NCBI GenBank assembly: GCA_022819505.1
Contig: JAJEHD010000018.1
Span: 627,663-691,662, forward strand
Direction of reading: 5' to 3'
From: Acidimicrobiia bacterium
GTDB taxonomy: Bacteria > Actinomycetota > Acidimicrobiia > Acidimicrobiales > Aldehydirespiratoraceae
DNA length: 64,000 nt
Shown here: positions 57,327 through 64,000 of the stretch, in pieces
Numbering within the stretch: the stretch's first letter is position 1
Layout: each line of letters opens with the position of its first letter
Program-made: the position numbers and the translations under genes
The notes under the pieces: generated by a model
The model's input: the letters and a program-made list of their open reading frames with translations, nothing else
What the model was told of the DNA's origin: nothing
The model's database searches: none

Positions 57327-58217
57327 ATGCAGCTCGAGTTCGACCCGGGCGACATCCTCGACCCGGGCGCCACCGGTGCATTGGATGACGCTGGCGCCCC
57401 CGCCCCGCCTCAGCGGCTGTCACCGTCCGGGGCGTCCACGTTCGAGCAGTGCCCCCGCCGGTGGAGGTTCCGCTACGTGGAGCGGCTTCCGGAGCCGCCC
57501 GGACTTGAGGCACTGGTGGGAACGTTCGCGCACCGGGTGCTGGAACTGCTGATGCAGCGGGAGCCGTCTCGGCGCAGCCAGAACGAGGCCAAGCGCGTCG
57601 CCCGGGCGGTGTGGCCCGAGCTGGCCGAAGGCGACGACTACCGGGACCTGGAGTTGAGCGACGACGAGGCTCGGGAGTTCCGATGGCGGGCCTGGCGCGC
57701 CATCGAGGGCCTGTGGCATCTGGAGGACCCGGCCGCCATCGAGGTGGAAGCGACCGAGGAGCAGGTGTCGGTGACGCTGGGCGATGTGCCCTTCAGGGGC
57801 GTGGTGGACCGTCTCGAGCGGGAGGACGACGGCCTCGTCGTCAGCGACTACAAGTCGGGGCGGGCCCCCACAGCTCGCCACGCACCCGAGCGCCTGCAGC
57901 AGGTGCTGCTCTACGCGGCGGCCGTCGCCGAGGAGACGGGCGAGCAGCCGGTCAGGGCCCAGTTGCTGTACCTGGGCCAGCGGATCGTGGCTACCGCGGT
58001 GACGCCCGTCGAGATCGGCGACGCGATCGGTCGGTTGCAGTCGACTTGGAGCGCGATCGCGGACGCCTGTGACATCGACGACTTCCCACCCCAGCCAGGT
58101 CCGCTATGCGGCTACTGCGCGTACGCCGACGCCTGCCCGGAGGGTCAGGCCGAGAACCTTCGGCGGGCGCAGCAGCGAGCCGCCGAGGAGGAGTACCTGG
58201 AGAGACTCGCGGGCTGA
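57327..58217 (+). CDS. PD-(D/E)XK nuclease (RecB/AddB/Cas4-like) with C-terminal Cys cluster
   Basis: 296 aa. N-terminal FEQCPRRWRFRYV, core DRLERE..VVSDYKSGR, QQVLLYA, and C-terminal CGYCAYADAC completing a 4-Cys arrangement. Confidence 0.75.
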   Translation: MQLEFDPGDILDPGATGALDDAGAPAPPQRLSPSGASTFEQCPRRWRFRYVERLPEPPGLEALVGTFAHRVLELLMQREPSRRSQNEAKRVARAVWPELAEGDDYRDLELSDDEAREFRWRAWRAIEGLWHLEDPAAIEVEATEEQVSVTLGDVPFRGVVDRLEREDDGLVVSDYKSGRAPTARHAPERLQQVLLYAAAVAEETGEQPVRAQLLYLGQRIVATAVTPVEIGDAIGRLQSTWSAIADACDIDDFPPQPGPLCGYCAYADACPEGQAENLRRAQQRAAEEEYLERLAG

Positions 58218-58243
58218 GATCCGGGTGGCCTAGCCGCGGGCCC

Positions 58244-58504
58244 TTACCGTCTCAAGCGCCTCCATAACCACCAGAGGGTCACCAGCGCGGCTCCCGCCCC
58301 CAGCAGGGTGGAGATTCCTGCGGAGTACAGCAACCGGTCGCTCCAGGAACCCGTCGGCACTGGTGCCGCGTCCGAAGCCGCGACGGCATCGGGTGCCGGT
58401 CTGGGCCGCGGCGGGGCCACCTCGGTGTCGAGGATCGAATCGACGGCCGCCTCCCGGGGACCGGGCCGGTGCCGGGGCCGGTCGCGCTGGGGGTCATAGG
58501 CCAT
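58244..58504 (-). CDS. Small Pro/Arg-rich protein with a single C-terminal transmembrane helix (hypothetical)
   Basis: ORF 58244-58537. The internal ATG 58504 (MAYDPQRDRP) overlaps the ParA-like stop by 11 nt. TM segment ISTLLGAGAALVTLWWLW. Confidence 0.45.
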   Translation of the reverse strand: MAYDPQRDRPRHRPGPREAAVDSILDTEVAPPRPRPAPDAVAASDAAPVPTGSWSDRLLYSAGISTLLGAGAALVTLWWLWRRLRR

Positions 58505-59312
58505 CGGGGTCCTCCGGACGTTGTTCGCCGACCACACGATCGTAGATCTCGTCGAACTCGGCGCACGCCTCTGCCGCGCCCCGCCGGGGCGGAAGGGCGT
58601 GTATCGGCAGCGAGCGAGCCGCCGCTTCGGCCACGGCTGCCCGCAGGCGCACAGGCGGCAGGACCAGCCGACCGTGGTCGGTGATCAACTGCTCGTGCCA
58701 GTAGCGCGAGTCCCGGGTACGGGCCAGGCGGTTGACGGCTACGCCCGCCACGGCGAGTCCGGCTGGCTTCCTGGTGTCGACGCGATCGATGGTTCGCAGG
58801 ATCTCGCTGACGCCGTCGGAGGCCCACGCGCTCGGTTCGGTCACTACCAGGGCGGCGTCGGCCGCGAACAGCGCGTTGATGGTCAACAGACCGAGCGACG
58901 GGGGACAATCGATCAGCACCAGACTCTGATGTCCTGACAGGGCGACGCGGAGCCTGTCCTGGGCGCCTACGGGGTCTGAGAGCATCTGGCGTTCCCGCCC
59001 GGCCAACGCCGGCGCGGACGCAACGATTCGTGGTGGGAGCCCCTTGCCGTCGGGCCATCCCGACGGCTCTGCCAGGTCTTCCAGGATCCCCGGCCGGTCA
59101 GACTCCAGGGCCTCGTCCACGGTCGCGGCCGGCTCCCACACACCCAGGCCGGTGGTGGCGTTGCCCTGAGGATCCAGATCGACCACGACGCTTGGGATCC
59201 GTCGCGCCCATGCGGCCGATGCCAGGCCGAGAGCGGTGGTCGTCTTTCCGACGCCGCCCTTCTGGTTGACCAGAGCGATTACTGCCACATCTTGAACGGT
59301 AGCCACCAGCAC
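58494..59312 (-). CDS. ParA/Soj-family deviant-Walker-A ATPase (orphan, no parB nearby)
   Basis: 272 aa. NQKGGVGKTTT, DLDPQGN, LIDCPPSLG. Confidence 0.85.
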   Translation of the reverse strand: MLVATVQDVAVIALVNQKGGVGKTTTALGLASAAWARRIPSVVVDLDPQGNATTGLGVWEPAATVDEALESDRPGILEDLAEPSGWPDGKGLPPRIVASAPALAGRERQMLSDPVGAQDRLRVALSGHQSLVLIDCPPSLGLLTINALFAADAALVVTEPSAWASDGVSEILRTIDRVDTRKPAGLAVAGVAVNRLARTRDSRYWHEQLITDHGRLVLPPVRLRAAVAEAAARSLPIHALPPRRGAAEACAEFDEIYDRVVGEQRPEDPDGL

Positions 59313-59329
59313 ACGCTCTAGGCGAGGCC

Positions 59330-60616
59330 GTGCGCGAGTTCGCGCCGAAGTTCTCGCCGACGGAGCACACTTGCTTCATGGCTGCACGCAGTCGCGCACC
59401 GGTGACTCTCAGGCGAGCGGCAGCACGCTGGGCGCGGGACCTGCTCGCGGTCCGGAGCGCCTTCGGCGCCCTGGTGATGGCAGCTGTCGCGAGCCTGGTG
59501 GCTGGACTGAGCCTCGCGGCCATCACCGGCACCCTTGAGAGGCTGCCGGGCCTGCTGCTTCTGGTGCCGGCTGCCATCGCGGTGAAGGGCAACATCTTCG
59601 GCGCGCTGGGCAGCCGGCTCGGCACAGCCATCCATGCCGGCACCTTCCGCTCCGGAGGCCGGGACTCACCGATGATGCAGAACGCCATCGCGTCGGTGGG
59701 CCTCAGCCTGGTCCTCGGCGTTGTGCTGGCGGTGATGGCCAAGGGAACAGCCTTGGCGTTCAACGTTTCGCCCACCATGAGCCTGGCCGATTTCGTGGTG
59801 ATCTCGGCGCTGGGGTGCCTGCTAGCCGCGTTCGTGGTCCTGGCCATCACCCTGGCCACCACGGCCGGCGCGGTGCGCTTCGGCTGGGACCTCGACAACG
59901 TGGTGGCTCCCATGGTGACGGTCGCCGGCGACGTGGTCACCCTTCCTTCGCTGGTGGTGGCGGCCGAGCTCGCCGGCGTGGACGTCCTCACGCCGTCGAT
60001 CGCGTGGACGCTGGCCGCGATGGCAGCCGTCTCGGTGCTCTGGGGGCTGCGGAGCAGGCTGGGGGAGCTTCGGACCATCATGCGGGAGTCGCTTCCGGTC
60101 CTGACCGTCGCCGGGCTGCTCGACCTGGTGGCCGGGATCACAGTGGAGAAGCGGATCGACGACTTCCTCGAGTTCCCCGTCCTGCTGGTACTGCTGCCCG
60201 GATACCTGGCCACCGCGGGCGCGCTCGGCGGCGTGCTGTCGAGCAGGCTGTCCACCAAGCTGCACCTCGGACTGGCCCGACCATCAGCCCTGCCGTCGGG
60301 GGCCGCCCGAGTCGACCTCGCCACCACCTTCGCACTGGCCATTCCAGTGTTCGCGCTGCTCGGCCTGGTGGCCTCGATCGCGGGCGGTCTCAGCGGTCAC
60401 GCCGGGCCGTCGCTCGGCGGGCTGGTGGGCGTGGCCCTGCTCGGGGGTCTGCTGGCCACGGTGCTGGTAGTGATCGTGGCCTACTACGGGACGCTCGCGG
60501 CGGTGCGGTTCGGGGTGGACCCTGACACGTACGGGATTCCCATGGTCACCTCATCGCTGGACTTGGTCGGTGCCTTCACCCTGATCGTGGCCGTCGTTGT
60601 GGTGGGCGTGGCATGA
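59330..60616 (+). CDS. MgtE/SLC41-type divalent-cation transporter, two fused membrane domains, no cytosolic N/CBS domain
   Basis: 428 aa (alternative ATG at 59378). A duplicated pattern is seen: GNIFGALGSRLGTAIHAG...DNVVAPMVTVAGDVV and GALGGVLSSRLSTKLHLG...DTYGIPMVTSSLDLV. Confidence 0.7.
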   Translation: MREFAPKFSPTEHTCFMAARSRAPVTLRRAAARWARDLLAVRSAFGALVMAAVASLVAGLSLAAITGTLERLPGLLLLVPAAIAVKGNIFGALGSRLGTAIHAGTFRSGGRDSPMMQNAIASVGLSLVLGVVLAVMAKGTALAFNVSPTMSLADFVVISALGCLLAAFVVLAITLATTAGAVRFGWDLDNVVAPMVTVAGDVVTLPSLVVAAELAGVDVLTPSIAWTLAAMAAVSVLWGLRSRLGELRTIMRESLPVLTVAGLLDLVAGITVEKRIDDFLEFPVLLVLLPGYLATAGALGGVLSSRLSTKLHLGLARPSALPSGAARVDLATTFALAIPVFALLGLVASIAGGLSGHAGPSLGGLVGVALLGGLLATVLVVIVAYYGTLAAVRFGVDPDTYGIPMVTSSLDLVGAFTLIVAVVVVGVA

Positions 60617-60653
60617 CGGCCGTTGCGATACCTATGATTTCGGGAGAGACCTG

Positions 60654-61889
60654 ATGGAAGACAGACCTCGCAATCTGCGGGAGATGCTGGCGGAGGCCAA
60701 GGACACCTCCGAGTTGATGGTGGACCTCGCCTACGCGGCGCTGTACTTCGGTGATCCCGACATGGCCGACGAGGTGAGCGAGCTTGAGGAGCGCATGAGC
60801 GACCTCGTGCAGGACATGAGGGCGGTGTGCATTCTGGCGGTCCGTCATCCTCGTGACGCCGACGGCATGTCGTCGGTGCTGCAGGTGATCTCGGCCATCG
60901 AGCGCATCGCCAACGACGCGGTCGACATCGCTCGCATCGTGACCCACCGGGTCGGCATACCGCCGGAGCTGGTGGCCGAGCTGAGCGCGGCCGAGGAGGT
61001 GTCGCACCGGGTGCTGGTGTCCGACGGCTCGCGGCTCGCGCACCGCCACCTGGCCGACCACGAGATGCCGGCCAAGATGGGTATGCGCGTGATGGCTGTG
61101 CGCCGCGAGCGGGAGTGGATCACCGATGTGGGCGGTGACACCGTGCTCGTGCCCGATGACGTGCTGTTCCTGCGGGGGTCGCCCGACGGGATCGTCGAGC
61201 TGCGCACGCTGGCAGGGTCGCCCGAGTGGTCCCCTCCGGAGGGGCCGGCCGGGCCCCGAGTCTCAGACCTGCGGCGGGCCACCAACGTGCTCGTCGAGAT
61301 GAAGGATCTCTCGGAGGTGGCCGTAGGTCTGGCCTACTCGGCGCTGGTGCTGCGAGACGAGAGCCTGGCCGCTGAGGTGCGCCACCTCGAGGACCGTCTC
61401 GATGAGATGAAGGACCGTCTGGAGGAGTGGGTGCTGGGGGCGGCCAGGGAGCGCGCCGACCAGCCGGGTTTGCGCGGCCTGCTGCACTTGTCCCAGGCCG
61501 CGGAGGACCTTGGCGACCAGGCCCAGCAGATGGTGTGGATCATTGAGCGCCAGGAGCAGATCCACCCGATACTGGCGGTGGCGCTCGGCGACAGCGACGA
61601 GGTCGTCGTGCACGTACCGGTGGCTGAGGGCTCCGAGGCCGACGGTAGGACGCTGGGTGATCTCAGGCTGAACATCGAGCCCGGCTTCACGGTTCTGGCC
61701 ATCCGGCGCGGCGGCCAGTACCGGTACCGGCCGGGCGGGATTGTCCGGCTCGAACCCGGCGACGCTCTGATCGCCAGCGGCCCGGACGAAGGACGCGAGC
61801 GCCTGGCCGAGATCTGCGGCTGGCTGCTCACCGACCGGGACGACGACACGGCCATGGTCCTGGAGCCGCTGGGATCTGCGCCGGCCTAG
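60654..61889 (+). CDS. Cytosolic regulatory protein with two PhoU-like plus TrkA-C (RCK_C) repeats
   Basis: Internal ATG 60654 of ORF 60597-61889 follows GGGAGAG. Two helical PhoU-like segments (MVDLAYAALYFGD..., MKDLSEVAVGLAYSALV...) are each followed by a beta-rich segment (GMRVMAVRRE...VLVPDDVLFLRG, GFTVLAIRRG...LEPGDALIASG). Confidence 0.65.
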   Translation: MEDRPRNLREMLAEAKDTSELMVDLAYAALYFGDPDMADEVSELEERMSDLVQDMRAVCILAVRHPRDADGMSSVLQVISAIERIANDAVDIARIVTHRVGIPPELVAELSAAEEVSHRVLVSDGSRLAHRHLADHEMPAKMGMRVMAVRREREWITDVGGDTVLVPDDVLFLRGSPDGIVELRTLAGSPEWSPPEGPAGPRVSDLRRATNVLVEMKDLSEVAVGLAYSALVLRDESLAAEVRHLEDRLDEMKDRLEEWVLGAARERADQPGLRGLLHLSQAAEDLGDQAQQMVWIIERQEQIHPILAVALGDSDEVVVHVPVAEGSEADGRTLGDLRLNIEPGFTVLAIRRGGQYRYRPGGIVRLEPGDALIASGPDEGRERLAEICGWLLTDRDDDTAMVLEPLGSAPA

Positions 61890-61958
61890 TGAGCTGCGCG
61901 TAGACAACCGGTCGGCCGTGGAGCGCTTGCAGTCGCTACGGGGATAGCTTCACCGGCG

Positions 61959-62846
61959 ATGGCAACTCCAGCCGACCGGCTCTGTCTCCTCACCGTCCAC
62001 GCTCACCCCGACGATGAGGCGTCCAAGGGCGCGCCCACGGTCGCTCGCTACCACGCCGAGGGAATCCGGACCGTGCTCGTGTGCTGCACCGGAGGAGAGG
62101 AGGGCGAGATCCTCAACCCGGCGCTGGACGATCCCTCCATGGCCGACAAGCTGGCCGAGATAAGGGCGGCGGAGCTGGCCCGGGCTGCGGAGGTAATCGG
62201 CTACGAAGAAGTCGAGATGCTCGGCTATCGCGACTCGGGCATGGAGGGATCGGAGGCCAACAACCATCCCGACTGCTTCGCTCGGGCCGACCTGGAGGAG
62301 GCGGTGGCCCGGCTGGTGGCAGTGATCCGCCGTCACCGGCCCCACGTCATCGTGACCTATCCGGAGGATCAGGGCGGCTACATGCATCCGGACCACATTC
62401 GAGTGCACGATGTCTCCATCCCCGCCTACGAACGTGCCGGCGACCCGGCCTACCGCCCCGACCTGGGTGAGCCCTGGGCACCGGCCAAGCTGTACTACAC
62501 CCTGTGGTCGCGCAAGCGCATCGAGGAGCGCCACCAAGCGTTCCAGGATCTCGGCCTGGAATCGCCATACAACGAGTGGTGGTTCAAGCGACCGTCCACC
62601 GACGACAAGATCACTACTCAGGTTCCCGTGGACGGGTTCATCGACGCCCGCATTGAGGGACTGCTGGCCCACGCCACCCAGATCGACCCGGAGTCGACGT
62701 TCTGGTTCGGGCTGCCCGCCGAGGTCGAGCGGTCGATCCATCCATACGACGATTACGTGCTTGCCCGGGGGCGGCGTCCGGCAACTCTGCCCGAGCGCGA
62801 CCTGTTCGAGGGGCTGCGGCCGGAGCCGGCCGGCGACTCCGGCTGA
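61959..62846 (+). CDS. mca: Mycothiol S-conjugate amidase (Mca; LmbE/PIG-L family)
   Basis: 295 aa. VHAHPDDE, LGYRDSGM, GGYMHPDHIRVH and the overall collinear Mca/MshB pattern. Confidence 0.85.
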   Translation: MATPADRLCLLTVHAHPDDEASKGAPTVARYHAEGIRTVLVCCTGGEEGEILNPALDDPSMADKLAEIRAAELARAAEVIGYEEVEMLGYRDSGMEGSEANNHPDCFARADLEEAVARLVAVIRRHRPHVIVTYPEDQGGYMHPDHIRVHDVSIPAYERAGDPAYRPDLGEPWAPAKLYYTLWSRKRIEERHQAFQDLGLESPYNEWWFKRPSTDDKITTQVPVDGFIDARIEGLLAHATQIDPESTFWFGLPAEVERSIHPYDDYVLARGRRPATLPERDLFEGLRPEPAGDSG

Positions 62847-62847
62847 C

Positions 62848-63222
62848 GTGGCTCCGGAGCCTCTGGACGAAGGGTGGCTGGAAGCAGTCGCCACCGCTCT
62901 GGAGGCTGTCGATGCCTCCGGCGCGGCCGACGGCGTGGCCCAGATCACGGTGAGCGGCGCTCCCGGGGGTGCGGTCGCCTTTCATGCGGTTGTAGAGGCC
63001 GGGCGGGTGAGCATGTCGACGGGACGGCACCCGCACGCCGACCTGGTCGCCGGGTGGACGTACCCGGACTTCGTGCGGGCTTGGCAAGGCGAGCTGTCGG
63101 TGGAGGCCGCCTACATGTCGGGCCGGATGAAGCTCGAGGGCGACCAGGTGCTGCTGTTCGACGGATGGCGCCCGTTGCTGCGGTCGAAGGCGCTGCGGGA
63201 GGCCCTGGCCGCGCTCCGGTAG
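62848..63222 (+). CDS. SCP2 sterol-carrier-like domain protein
   Basis: Frame of ORF 62410-63222. GTG 62848 lies 2 nt after the mca stop. AAYMSGRMKLEGDQVLL is the SCP2 C-terminal signature. Confidence 0.7.
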   Translation: MAPEPLDEGWLEAVATALEAVDASGAADGVAQITVSGAPGGAVAFHAVVEAGRVSMSTGRHPHADLVAGWTYPDFVRAWQGELSVEAAYMSGRMKLEGDQVLLFDGWRPLLRSKALREALAALR

Positions 63223-63228
63223 TCCCCG

Positions 63229-64000
63229 TCAGGTCCGGTGCCGGGCCCTTCTCTGGGCGCTGCGCAGAGCGCGGTATCCGACCGTGACCGCGCCGGATCG
63301 CTCGATCAGGTCGGCCATCTCGCGGGACAGGGCCAGCGCCAGGTCGTCAACCCGTCCGCTCGCGGAAGGATCGATGGCGTGGATCTCGGGCTCGTCAAGC
63401 GCCGGGCACAGCGACAGTTCGGTGACACCGGGCGCCAGGCCGGCGAGTTGCTCGAAGACGTGGTCCCTGGCGTCTCCCCGAACGAGCCGGAAGTGGTCGG
63501 GGAAGACGATGCCCTCGGACTGCGCCAGCGATCGGAACGGGAATCCGGCGTTGGCCTCAGCCTCGGGGCCCTCAAGGCGCACCGGGAGGTCGAATGACAC
63601 CGCTAGGTCCATCAGCACGTCGAAGAACTCCGGGCGCTGCTGCAGGGCGGCCATGTGAGTGGTGAGGTGGGTCACGTCGAATCCCCACAACACGGCCCGC
63701 TCGAGCTGGGCGCGACACTCGCGCCGGACCTCGTCGAGGTCTGCATGGTCCCACAGGTCCTGCAGGGTCCGGGGGAAGCCACCGTCGCCGTCGAGGAGGC
63801 TCGGGGCGTTGGTGATCGGCCCCCACCGGAAGCAGTCGAGCTCGGAGTTGAGCGTGAGGTGGACCCCGAGATCCTCGCCCCGGTACAGCTCGGCCGCGTG
63901 ACGGGCCCACACCCCGGGCATCACGATCGTGCCGGTCGTGGCCGCGCCTTCCCGCAGTGCCTGGTAGCCGGCGGCGGTGGAGGAGTGGGTGGTGCCGATA
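63229..64000 (-). CDS. ChbG/HpnK (YdjC)-family carbohydrate deacetylase, 5' end beyond window
   Basis: The frame stays open upstream of the track's GTG 63924 through to position 64000 (…GTTHSSTAAGYQALREGAATTGTIVMPGVWA). LHLTLNSE and THLTTHM are family motifs. Confidence 0.7.
   Translation of the reverse strand, partial: IGTTHSSTAAGYQALREGAATTGTIVMPGVWARHAAELYRGEDLGVHLTLNSELDCFRWGPITNAPSLLDGDGGFPRTLQDLWDHADLDEVRRECRAQLERAVLWGFDVTHLTTHMAALQQRPEFFDVLMDLAVSFDLPVRLEGPEAEANAGFPFRSLAQSEGIVFPDHFRLVRGDARDHVFEQLAGLAPGVTELSLCPALDEPEIHAIDPSASGRVDDLALALSREMADLIERSGAVTVGYRALRSAQRRARHRT

Noticed and set aside
50633-59312. Reading HNH endonuclease + topoisomerase pair + PD-(D/E)XK nuclease + ParA ATPase as a novel anti-phage defence island.
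   Set aside because: The topoisomerase subunits carry complete housekeeping catalytic motifs. The Cys-cluster PD-(D/E)XK nuclease and orphan ParA are, as far as I recall, common conserved actinobacterial genes. The HNH gene belongs to the selfish REP13E12-like family. The genes sit in different orientations and operons, and no hallmark defence domains are seen.

Overview
Very GC-rich chromosomal segment. Mycothiol markers (Mca amidase, DinB/mycothiol-type isomerase family) and F420-type enzymes (LLM, PPOX-class) point to Actinomycetota. I found no rRNA, tRNA, CRISPR array, integrase or transposase. About 66 genes are supportable.

Layout:
- 1-8.6 kb: miscellaneous genes (truncated SDR, vapBC toxin-antitoxin, DinB-like/membrane/SDR operon, DExH helicase, tandemly duplicated MFS transporters).
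- 8.7-44.7 kb: a dense oxidative catabolic island.
- 45-50.4 kb: small operons (ABC-2 exporter, hydrolase, CoA-transferase/Nudix, SnoaL).
- 50.4-52.4 kb: an AT-richer patch carrying a DUF222/HNH (REP13E12-like) gene and a 21-bp tandem repeat.
- 52.4-64 kb: core-type genes (type IIA topoisomerase A+B pair, PD-(D/E)XK nuclease, orphan ParA, MgtE-like transporter with PhoU/TrkA-C partner, Mca, SCP2, truncated ChbG-like deacetylase).

The catabolic island holds three xanthine-dehydrogenase-family large subunits but only two FeS/FAD sets. It also has two VanA-like Rieske oxygenases, two alpha/beta Rieske dioxygenases, an extradiol dioxygenase and a P450. Further members are a heme-oxygenase-like putative diiron protein, several amidohydrolases and hydrolases, cupins, RidA, a Liv-type ABC importer and a homologue of the cyanuric-acid-hydrolase/barbiturase ring-opening amidohydrolase family.

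The best candidate for something undescribed is the 16-gene single-strand operon at 16302-32639. It couples an importer, a barbiturase/AtzD-family ring-opening amidohydrolase, a Mo-hydroxylase and Rieske oxygenases, and the island around it contains no recognisable regulator or oxygenase reductase. This looks like an uncharacterised N-heterocycle (pyrimidine-like) degradation route. The substrate and pathway order are inference only. All functional calls rest on motif and family recognition by eye; no database search was run.
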